From: Acidobacteriota bacterium
Lineage (GTDB): Bacteria > Acidobacteriota > Thermoanaerobaculia > Multivoradales > JBCCEF01
DNA: 64,000 nucleotides
Reading direction: 5' to 3'
Assembly (NCBI GenBank): GCA_039030395.1
Contig: JBCCEF010000020.1
Coordinates: 17,364-81,363, forward strand
The notes beneath the pieces are model-generated. The model ran no database searches and was not told where the DNA came from. It saw nothing but the letters and a program-made list of their open reading frames with translations. The position numbers were made by a program, and so were the translations under genes. Of this stretch, positions 15,434 through 23,278 are shown piece after piece; the stretch's first letter is position 1, and every line of letters begins with the position of its first letter.

Positions 15434-18217
15434 GTGAGGAAGGTTGCCGCGCCAGAAGCCGTTCGAGGTCGACGAAGACCTTCTGGCTCACGTCGCGGAC
15501 CAGCTGAACGTGCACCCGATGCGGCCGACCTGATCGCGCGGTACGCACTGCGACATCCGACGATTTCGGAACATGCCGAGCGGACGAGTCGTTACCTCGG
15601 CCTTCGCCCATTCGAATCCCGAGACCGCCGAGAGCTGCGTCTGTTCATCCGCAAGGAGGTCGAGCACCTCGAGCAGGTCTCTGGACTTCTTGCGGCGGCA
15701 GAAGGACACCTGCGCCGGCAGGGGCTCCTCTTACCGGCGGAATCCACCCTGTGCCGCGTCGTCGGCGAGGAGGGACGGGCCTTCCGCAAGAGTCTTTTCG
15801 AGAAGGTGGAGTCCACGATACCCCAGGCGGTCAAGGACGCCATCGACGGGCTTCTCATCGCGGAGCGGGATGAATCCGAAACCTCCGCGCTTCAGTCGAT
15901 CAAGGAACCACCCGGCTCGGCATCTCCTCGAGCGATCCTGGCAGAGAGGGACAAGCTCGATGCGATCCTCGCAACAGGGGCCATGGACGTCGATCTCTCT
16001 TGGGTTCGCGGCGCACTGCGCAAGTCCCTGTCCCATCGCGTCCGCCAGTCAAGCGCTCATCGCCTCCGCGAGCTCGTGCCCGGGCATCGCTATGCCGCGA
16101 TGCTGTGCTTCCTGCAGGAGGTCCACGGAGACACGATCGATCAGGTCGTTGATCTCCACGCGAAGGTGATGACTCAGACCTACCGTGGTACGAAGAACCG
16201 GCTCGACAAGGAGTACTCCCGGAATCGGAGATCGCTAGTGGCGAAGCTGTCGACGTTGGCGGCGGTGGGAGAGATCCTACTCGATCCCGAGCTACCGGAT
16301 CGGGATCTCCGCGGGGCAGTGTTCTCTCGCGTACTGCGCGAGGTTTTCGAGTCCCAGGTCAAAGAGACGCGCAGATGGCTGAGCGAGAAGAGCGACCTCT
16401 TCCCGAAGGTGGCCGCGCGCTACGCCTACTTCCGGCGGTTCTCGCGCCAGGTGCTCGAGCGCCTTCACCTGGAGCCTGAGGCGACCACGGATGCCAGCGA
16501 AACCCGCCAGTTGGTCGCTTCCGTGGATCTGCTCCGCCGACTCAACGCTGAACGGAAACGCTCGGTGCCGGAAGGAGCGCCGCCAGGCTTCGTCCCGAAG
16601 AGCGTACGCCCATTCCTCGAGGTCGATGGCTCGATCGATCGGGCAGCCTACGAGTGTGCGGTCCTGACCGCGATTCGAGACGAGGTCCGCAGCGGGAACA
16701 TCGCCGTCCGAGGCAGCAAGCGCTTCGGTCGCCTCGAGGATCTCTTCATGCCTCCGAGCGCATGGGAGATCGAGCGGTCCAGCTTATTCGAGAAGGCCGG
16801 CTTGCCTGCGCTCGGTCAGGCCGCAGCCGGGCACGTGTCCGGCCTGGTCGGGCAGTCCTACGATCGATTCCTGGACACGCTCCCTCGCAACGCCTTCGTC
16901 GAGGTCAACGCGGAGGCGGGCTGGAAACTCGGATCCGATCCGGCGGAGCAGATGGATGCCATTGCGGAGGAGAGGCTCGCTCGTTTGAACGGTTTCCTCG
17001 AGGAACACATGCGGCGGATCCGGTTGCCAGACCTGCTCATCGCGGTCGACAATGAGGTCCGTTTCTCGCGGTTCCTCTCGCGAGATCCAAGGCAACGTTC
17101 GCAAGAGAGCGTCTGCCAGGCTGTTGCTGCAGTGATGGCCTACGGCTGCAACCTTGGTCCCGAGACGATGGCCCGGCTCACGCCAGGCGTGAGCTACGCG
17201 CGGATCAAGCGGGTGGCTGACTGGAATCTCCCTGAAGAGGCACTGCGCGCAGCCTTGGCGCAGATCGTAAACGCGATCGGAGGGCTCTCGACGTCGAACG
17301 TTTGGGGCGAAGCCAAGACGGCGTCGAGTGACGGTCAGCGGTTCCTCTTCCCTCGGCGGTCCGCGCGGCGCACCTACAGTCACCGGATGGGGGACTATGC
17401 CCTGGAGTTCTACTCCTTCATCGCCGACCACTACGCCCCCTTCTTCTCCTTTCCGATCGAGTGTTCCGAGAGAGACGCCGCCTACGTCCTCGACGGCCTG
17501 CGCTACTACGAAGCCGATCTCGAGATCGACGAGCACTACGTCGACACCCACGGCCTCACGGAAGCCAACTTTGCCGGATTCGCGATGCTGGGCCTGCGCT
17601 TTGCGTCCCGGATCCGGGGACTGCGACGGCAGAGTCTCTACCACGCAGACAGGCAGCGGGATTACGGGGCACTCGCCGAGATGCTGCGGCCGCGGGACCG
17701 ACTCCTCCGGTTAGACTGGATCGCCGAGCAGTGGGATCGTATGGGGCAGTTCTTCTGCTCGATGGCGACCGGCCACGCGACTGCCTCTGTCTCCATGAAG
17801 CGCATCGTCGGCTTCGGGCCCAGGAACCGTCTCTACCGAGCGATCCGAGAGCTCGGCCGAGCCCTCAAGACAGTCTTCCTCCTCGACTACCTGAGCCAGC
17901 CGGACCTGCGGCGTCGGGTTCGCCGCGGCCTTCTGAAGTCCGAAGAGCTACACGCCTTGGCAAGAAGCGTGTTCTACGGGAAGCTCGGCAAGGCGGATTG
18001 GCGCGACTTCCGGCGGCAGATGTCAACCGCCAGCTGCCTCCTCCTGATTCTTGCTGCGATCATCTACTGGCAGATCCGCGAAATCGAGCGCGTGACCGCG
18101 GAAGCCGCGGACGACGTGCCCACTGACCTCCTCGTGCATGTCAGCCCGATCAGCTGGGAGAACGTCGTCCTCTATGGCGAGTACCGGCTGCGTCCGGAAC
18201 TCGTTGCACTCGGGTGA
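15434..18217 (+). CDS. tnpA: Tn3-family DDE transposase TnpA; the 5' end appears frameshifted/decayed, so this is probably a pseudogene
   Basis: The C-terminal two-thirds is typical Tn3 TnpA (SSDGQRFLFP...YSHRMGDYALEFYSF...EHYVDTHGLTEANFAGFAMLGLRF). The conserved N-terminal segment is split across two frames: VDEDLLAHVADQLNVHP in one frame stops at TGA 15531-15533, and APDAADLIARYALRHPTISEHAERTSRYLGLRPF continues in the long ORF frame. Confidence 0.85.
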   Translation: MRKVAAPEAVRGRRRPSGSRRGPAERAPDAADLIARYALRHPTISEHAERTSRYLGLRPFESRDRRELRLFIRKEVEHLEQVSGLLAAAEGHLRRQGLLLPAESTLCRVVGEEGRAFRKSLFEKVESTIPQAVKDAIDGLLIAERDESETSALQSIKEPPGSASPRAILAERDKLDAILATGAMDVDLSWVRGALRKSLSHRVRQSSAHRLRELVPGHRYAAMLCFLQEVHGDTIDQVVDLHAKVMTQTYRGTKNRLDKEYSRNRRSLVAKLSTLAAVGEILLDPELPDRDLRGAVFSRVLREVFESQVKETRRWLSEKSDLFPKVAARYAYFRRFSRQVLERLHLEPEATTDASETRQLVASVDLLRRLNAERKRSVPEGAPPGFVPKSVRPFLEVDGSIDRAAYECAVLTAIRDEVRSGNIAVRGSKRFGRLEDLFMPPSAWEIERSSLFEKAGLPALGQAAAGHVSGLVGQSYDRFLDTLPRNAFVEVNAEAGWKLGSDPAEQMDAIAEERLARLNGFLEEHMRRIRLPDLLIAVDNEVRFSRFLSRDPRQRSQESVCQAVAAVMAYGCNLGPETMARLTPGVSYARIKRVADWNLPEEALRAALAQIVNAIGGLSTSNVWGEAKTASSDGQRFLFPRRSARRTYSHRMGDYALEFYSFIADHYAPFFSFPIECSERDAAYVLDGLRYYEADLEIDEHYVDTHGLTEANFAGFAMLGLRFASRIRGLRRQSLYHADRQRDYGALAEMLRPRDRLLRLDWIAEQWDRMGQFFCSMATGHATASVSMKRIVGFGPRNRLYRAIRELGRALKTVFLLDYLSQPDLRRRVRRGLLKSEELHALARSVFYGKLGKADWRDFRRQMSTASCLLLILAAIIYWQIREIERVTAEAADDVPTDLLVHVSPISWENVVLYGEYRLRPELVALG

Positions 18218-18259
18218 GCGGCCTACCGTATTCGGTTATAGCTTTCTGCCCGGTACCCT
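18216..18259. repeat. Tn3-family right terminal inverted repeat (IR-R)
   Basis: See IR-L. It begins immediately after the tnpA stop (TGA 18215-18217). Confidence 0.85.
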
Positions 18260-18264
18260 AAGAC
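18260..18264. repeat. 5-bp target-site duplication AAGAC (right copy)
   Basis: It is identical to 11712-11716 and directly abuts IR-R. Confidence 0.85.
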
Positions 18265-18295
18265 CGGCGGCTCGAGCTAACCCGAAGGAATCCGG

Positions 18296-19222
18296 TCAGC
18301 CGGCGGCAACGTCGAGGGCTCGCTTCCAGCCGTAGAGGATGAGCGGGCGCTGGCGATGGATCGGCAGGGCGAGCTGCTTGAGGGTGACGTGGACCACTTC
18401 TCGCAGCAGGGCGGCACCGGTGTAGGGCGAGGTTTCCGAAGGACGATGCTCGCCCGGCGGAATGATCGCCAGCAGGCGCTCCAGGGCCGCCGCCGTCGGG
18501 CCCTCGCTTGAGGACTCGCTCTCCCAGGCGCGAGATAGGAGGTCCAGGTTTGCCGGTCCGAGGACTTCGGCTAGGCGGGCCGCCATGTCGTCTTCGGTCT
18601 GCATCCGGCGGATAATCGACGCGGCATGGTGGCGCCAGTAGACCGAGGGATGGCTCCAGGCCCGTCCGAGTACGGCCTCCAGCCGCGACAGCCAGGCGAC
18701 CGCCGCCGCCATCGCAGATGTACCCTCTCCTAGGGTTCGCAGAACGTCGTCCGCGAGGCGGTCGAAGATCCGCCAGGCTTCGTCCGGCCTCGAGGTCGCC
18801 CGCAGCAGGCGGAGCGGGTAACCGTCCGCTGGCTGCGCACACCACCGAACGGAATCGCGTTCGGCGAAGCCCTCCTCGGCATCGGTCACACAAAGGGATT
18901 TGCCGAGGCATTGGCGGTGCCGAAGGGCCAGTTCGTCCTCGCCGATCTCGCCGCTGGCGGGATGCTCGGACAGGTGGTGACGGATCGCTTCGCCGAGAGC
19001 CCGCCTCACCTCCCCAAGACGCCCCGGAGAGACGGTCAGGAGGAGAAACAGATGGGGGCCTCGGGCATCGAACCGGTCGAACCAGAAGTGGCTGATGGAT
19101 CCGGTCCGGCGCAGGTCGCGGATTGCCGGTACAAGGCCGTTCACCAGCAGAGCCGTCTGCTCCGGCAGGTGCCAGCGATAGACATTCCCGGCGAGGTGGG
19201 GTCCCGCTTCTATGGAGCTCAA
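18296..19222 (-). CDS. SpaB_C / Lant_dehydr_C-like protein, copy 3 (divergent)
   Basis: It carries SISHFWFDRFDARGPHLFLLLTV, a divergent W.F.R[YF]....GPHL.L.L signature located ~45 aa from the N-terminus, as in the other two copies. Before the Tn3 insertion this gene was convergent with the JmjC gene. Confidence 0.6.
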   Translation of the reverse strand: MSSIEAGPHLAGNVYRWHLPEQTALLVNGLVPAIRDLRRTGSISHFWFDRFDARGPHLFLLLTVSPGRLGEVRRALGEAIRHHLSEHPASGEIGEDELALRHRQCLGKSLCVTDAEEGFAERDSVRWCAQPADGYPLRLLRATSRPDEAWRIFDRLADDVLRTLGEGTSAMAAAVAWLSRLEAVLGRAWSHPSVYWRHHAASIIRRMQTEDDMAARLAEVLGPANLDLLSRAWESESSSEGPTAAALERLLAIIPPGEHRPSETSPYTGAALLREVVHVTLKQLALPIHRQRPLILYGWKRALDVAAG

Positions 19223-19238
19223 CGCAGGGAACGTCGGC

Positions 19239-19988
19239 TCAGGGGTAAGGGATCAAGATGTCGTCCAGCTCATAGAGCTGACGAGCCTTGCCGCAGAGAT
19301 ATTCCGCCCGCAGCCCATGCTTGAGGATGTGTTCCAGTGACCGGCGCTCCGGAATCGTCAGGCTCGGCAGAGAAAGCACATAGGAATCCAGCGTGGAGTA
19401 GTAGATGGGCTTGCCGCGACGGTCGATGAGCAACGGATCTCGGCCGGCGGCGAGGGCGCAGATCGTCCGGTAGAAGCTCTTGACGACCTCCCAACGGCGC
19501 TGCGCCCGGGCGATCCGCGCCTCCAGGAAAAAGAACTCCACCCCATGATGGGCCAAGGGCAAAAGGAAGGGGAGAAATCCGACGACCTCGCGCAGGCAGT
19601 CCCGCGCCCTCGAAACATCGTTCCAGGCCGCTTGATGTTGCCCCCTGAGAAACGATTCGTAGGCCGCAGCGGTGAAGTACCAGCGGCCCACTACTCCCGC
19701 CCAGTCGGGTCGCTCCTGCTCGAAAGTAGCCATGCCTTCTCGCGCCCGGGAGAGCGCCTCACCGGCTTCCGCCAGGCGACGGCCGTGCAGCAACTGAACC
19801 GCCTCGTCGACCGCCGCGCGCGCTTTCGCCGCATCGCTCTCGAGGTAGGCCTGAATCCACGAGTCGCCCTCCCGGCCACCCTTCATGACGAGGAATTCCC
19901 ACGGCGGAAAATCTTCCATGGTGAGCTTCCCGGTGTCCGGGGAAGGAGCCCACCGGACCGGTGCGTCGGTACTTGCTGCCACGCCCAT
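19239..19988 (-). CDS. hypothetical protein (249 aa), upstream partner of SpaB_C-like copy 3
   Basis: The ORF is coding-like and lies 16 nt from the downstream gene on the same strand. No recognisable motif was found. Confidence 0.5.
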   Translation of the reverse strand: MGVAASTDAPVRWAPSPDTGKLTMEDFPPWEFLVMKGGREGDSWIQAYLESDAAKARAAVDEAVQLLHGRRLAEAGEALSRAREGMATFEQERPDWAGVVGRWYFTAAAYESFLRGQHQAAWNDVSRARDCLREVVGFLPFLLPLAHHGVEFFFLEARIARAQRRWEVVKSFYRTICALAAGRDPLLIDRRGKPIYYSTLDSYVLSLPSLTIPERRSLEHILKHGLRAEYLCGKARQLYELDDILIPYP

Positions 19989-20155
19989 TTGAGTCGAAGA
20001 TTAGCACGGGCCATCGGTCCGCCACGCACCGACCTTCGGGGAGAAGCGACGCCCAACCCTTGCATAGACGGATCTGCATGGAAGACAATGGAGTGGCTAT
20101 CCGGTGATGCGGTACCCGTTTGTAGGATGAATTTTTCGATTGAAGGAGGTCTGCC

Positions 20156-21886
20156 ATGTCGTACCGGTTCTTCTCTACCTCCGTAGAAAATCTGAGACGC
20201 GAGGGCGAAAGGCGCGCGCGCCTCGCGGCGGTGGCGGCGCCCCTCGCATCGCGCGAACGCACCGGCCGCCCGGTCAGTCCTTTGCGTCGCCGGCTGGGTC
20301 GCGACTTCTTCACCCCCGCCGGCCAGCCGGCGACGGTGCCGTCGCCGCCGTCGGCCGGGGTGATCGCCTACTCGCGCCTTGCTTTCGGCCCGCGGCCCGG
20401 CGAGATCGATGCCTTCAACGCCCTCGCCGGGACCGACCCCGCCCGCCTTCAGGCCTGGGTCGACCAACAGCTCGATCCGGCGAGCCTCGACGACAGCCAC
20501 ATCGACAACCGCATCGCGGCCTCGGGCTTCACCACCCTCGGCAAGACCGTCACCCAGCTTTGGACGGAGCACGCCATCGCCCAGGACATCCCTTGGGACG
20601 AGGTGATCCGGCCGCTGCGCGAAACGGAACTGGTGACCTTCCTGCGTGCCATCTACAGCCGCCGGCAGCTATTCGAGGTGATGGTCGATTTCTGGCACAA
20701 CCACTTCAATGTCTACGCTCATGAATGGCCCTTCGCCCCGATGTGGGTGCACAGCGACCGGGACGCCATCCGCGCCCACGCCTTCGGCAACTTCCGCCAG
20801 ATGATCGAGGCGGTGGCGCGCACTCCGGCGATGCTCCATTACTTGGACAATGCCGAGAACTCCTTCGAGGACGCCAACGAGAACTACGCCCGCGAGCTGC
20901 TGGAGCTGCACGGCCTGGGGGCGGAGCACTACTTCGGCAACATCCCCCAGGGAGCGGTGCCGCGAGACGCACAGAACCGCCCCCGCGGCTTCGTCGAGGA
21001 CGACGTCGTCGCCGCCGCCCGTTGTTTGACCGGCTGGACGGTGAGTGACCGGAGTTGGGACCCGGAGATCGGCAATAGCGGCGAGTTCCTGTACTACGAC
21101 CCCTGGCACGACCACGACCCGAAACACCTTCTCGGGATCGACTTGCCGGGGAATCAGGCGCCGATGAAGGACGGTCACGATCTGTTCGATCTGATCGCCG
21201 GTCATCCGGGCACCGCCCGCCATGTAGCCGGCAAGATCGCTCGGCGGCTGCTCGGGGATGTCCCGCCGGCGTCGGTGGTGGATGCGGCGGCGGCGGTGTT
21301 CGCGGCGCAGATCAGTGCACCGGATCAGCTCGCCCAGGTGATCCGCACCATCGTGCTGTCGCCGGAGTTCCTTCAGACCTGGGGCGACAAGGTCAAGCGC
21401 CCCTTCGAGATCGCCGTCGGCGCTTTCCGGGCGACCACCGGCGACATTCCCTTTCTGCGCGGTGACGACGCCACCAACTGGTTCTACTGGGAGTACTACC
21501 AAACCGGCCAGCCGCTCTTCGGCTGGCATCCGCCGAACGGCTATCCGGACTTCAAGAGCGCCTGGAACACCACCGCTCCGCGGGTGATGAGCTGGCGCCT
21601 CGCCAACATGCTGATCCAGGTCAACGACGGCGAGAATGAATATTTCGAGTTCCTGAGCCAGATGCCTCCGGACGTGCGCTCGGCGGAAGCCATCGTCACC
21701 TTCTGGACGGAGCGCATGCTCGGCCGGCCGACGCCCCCTTCGGAACACACCAAGCTGGTCGAGTTCATGGCCCAGGGCCACAACCCGTCCTTCGACCTCC
21801 CCCTCGACACGGACGAGGGTACTCAGATTCGCCTGCGCGCCCTGATCGCGCTGATCCTGCAATCGCCTTCCTTTCTCTGGCGCTGA
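20156..21886 (+). CDS. DUF1800 family protein
   Basis: It carries FWHNHFNVYA, NENYARELLELHGLG and AMLHYLDN, which are characteristic DUF1800 motifs. A GAAGGAGG RBS is present. Confidence 0.8.
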   Translation: MSYRFFSTSVENLRREGERRARLAAVAAPLASRERTGRPVSPLRRRLGRDFFTPAGQPATVPSPPSAGVIAYSRLAFGPRPGEIDAFNALAGTDPARLQAWVDQQLDPASLDDSHIDNRIAASGFTTLGKTVTQLWTEHAIAQDIPWDEVIRPLRETELVTFLRAIYSRRQLFEVMVDFWHNHFNVYAHEWPFAPMWVHSDRDAIRAHAFGNFRQMIEAVARTPAMLHYLDNAENSFEDANENYARELLELHGLGAEHYFGNIPQGAVPRDAQNRPRGFVEDDVVAAARCLTGWTVSDRSWDPEIGNSGEFLYYDPWHDHDPKHLLGIDLPGNQAPMKDGHDLFDLIAGHPGTARHVAGKIARRLLGDVPPASVVDAAAAVFAAQISAPDQLAQVIRTIVLSPEFLQTWGDKVKRPFEIAVGAFRATTGDIPFLRGDDATNWFYWEYYQTGQPLFGWHPPNGYPDFKSAWNTTAPRVMSWRLANMLIQVNDGENEYFEFLSQMPPDVRSAEAIVTFWTERMLGRPTPPSEHTKLVEFMAQGHNPSFDLPLDTDEGTQIRLRALIALILQSPSFLWR

Positions 21887-21898
21887 GGAGTTTGAATC

Positions 21899-23251
21899 AT
21901 GTGCCATGACATCACGCGGCGCGGCTTTCTGGTGGGATGTTCGGCGGGCATCGCCGGCTTGGCCGGCTCCCGGTTCAATACCGTAGCCTTCGGGGATCCG
22001 GGGCTTAATCAAGAGATTCTGGTGGTCGTCTTCCTGCGCGGCGGGGTGGACGGCTTATCCCTGGTACCGCCCATCAGCGGTGCCGATCGAGGCCACTACC
22101 AGGCCGCCCGGCCGGGACTGCAGATCCCCACCACCGGCCCCGGCGCGGCGCTCGATCTCAACGGACAGTTCGGCCTCCACCCGGCCGCCGCTCCCCTCTT
22201 CGATCTCTACCAGGACAACCGCCTGGCAATCGTGCAGGCGATCGGCATGGCGGACGTGGTCAACAAATCCCACTTCGACGCCATGCAGTTCGTCGAGTTG
22301 GGTACCCCGGGATCCACCACCATCTCCACCGGTTGGCTGACCCGCCATCTCACGTCCGCCGGCAACCTGCCGGCGGACCCGGTGATGCCGTCGCTGGCGA
22401 TCGGCGATCTCCAGCCGGCTTCGCTCCTCGCCAGCCTCGACACGGTGAACGTCGCCAACCCGGACAACTTCAACGTAGACAACGGCCCCTGGCAGTGGCG
22501 CAATGCTCAGCGTACCGCCCTGCGGGCGATCTACCAGGAAGGGGGCACCTGGCTTCACGACGCCGGTCTCCAAGCGCTGGACGCGGTGGACATCATCAGC
22601 CTCAACGCCGGCGACGAGTACACCCCGGCAAACGGTGCCGTTTATCCGGACGGCGATTTCGGTGACCAGCTACGGGTGCTGGCGCAGATGGTCAAACTGG
22701 ACCTTGGCCTGCAGGTGGCCACCGTCGACTTCGGCGGATGGGATACGCACGATGGCCAGGGTGAGGGCTCGACCGGCTATCTGGCGGATCTCTTCACCGT
22801 CCTGTCGAGCGGTCTAGCGGCTTTCTACACGGATTTGGACGGCGCCGGCGCCGATCACTACACCCAGCGATTGACCGTGGTGGTGCAGAGTGAGTTCGGT
22901 CGCGAGCTGCTGGAGAACGCCGACGACGGCACCGAACACGGCTACGGTAATTTGATGCTGGTGTTGGGCGGCAACGTCAACGGCGGTCTGCACGGCAACT
23001 GGCCGGGCCTGGCGCCGGGCCAGCTAGTGGACGGTACGGATCTCGCCGTCACAACCGACTACCGCAGGGTGCTGTCGGAAATTCTCATCCGCCGCATGTG
23101 CAATCCGAGCATCGGCCAGATCTTCCCCGGCTACTCCGGCTACTCGCCCCTCGGCGTAGTGCAGGGACCGGATCTGCAGGTGGGAGAGACGATCTTCGAA
23201 GACGGTTTCGAGTCCGGCACCACCGCCGCCTGGTCCGCCAGCACCGGTTAG
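21899..23251 (+). CDS. DUF1501 family protein (sulfatase-like fold) with a Tat-type signal
   Basis: The N-terminus is TRRGFLVGCSAGIAGLAGS. It also carries VVVFLRGGVDGLS and DFGGWDTHDGQG. It is the usual partner of DUF1800. Confidence 0.8.
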   Translation: MCHDITRRGFLVGCSAGIAGLAGSRFNTVAFGDPGLNQEILVVVFLRGGVDGLSLVPPISGADRGHYQAARPGLQIPTTGPGAALDLNGQFGLHPAAAPLFDLYQDNRLAIVQAIGMADVVNKSHFDAMQFVELGTPGSTTISTGWLTRHLTSAGNLPADPVMPSLAIGDLQPASLLASLDTVNVANPDNFNVDNGPWQWRNAQRTALRAIYQEGGTWLHDAGLQALDAVDIISLNAGDEYTPANGAVYPDGDFGDQLRVLAQMVKLDLGLQVATVDFGGWDTHDGQGEGSTGYLADLFTVLSSGLAAFYTDLDGAGADHYTQRLTVVVQSEFGRELLENADDGTEHGYGNLMLVLGGNVNGGLHGNWPGLAPGQLVDGTDLAVTTDYRRVLSEILIRRMCNPSIGQIFPGYSGYSPLGVVQGPDLQVGETIFEDGFESGTTAAWSASTG

Positions 23252-23278
23252 CGATTCCTGTGACAGAGTGCCTCCGAG

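Larger units (their letters stand above)
11717..18259 (+). mobile_element. Tn3-family transposon (~6.5 kb) with terminal inverted repeats, two passenger genes and tnpA
   Basis: The ends are ~44-bp terminal inverted repeats (39/44 identical), flanked by a 5-bp direct repeat. A Tn3-type DDE transposase gene ends 1-2 nt from the right IR. The interior at 11.9-15.2 kb is visibly more A/T-rich than the flanks. Confidence 0.9.

Noticed and set aside
15250-15507. The short ORF (85 aa) as an intact resolvase/recombinase gene of the transposon
   Set aside because: It is too short. It uses a TTG start immediately after a stop, has no catalytic-domain motifs, and runs into the scrambled tnpA 5' region. 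It is treated as a remnant.
22-19988. A LanC-type cyclase, YcaO, radical-SAM or PCAT transporter hidden among the unknown island ORFs
   Set aside because: I looked for LanC motifs (GxAHG, WCxG, CHG), YcaO and CxxxCxxC rSAM motifs, and Walker A/C39 motifs. I checked 22-1761, 3867-5180 and 19239-19988 and found none. Their absence within the window is an observation, not proof for the whole locus.
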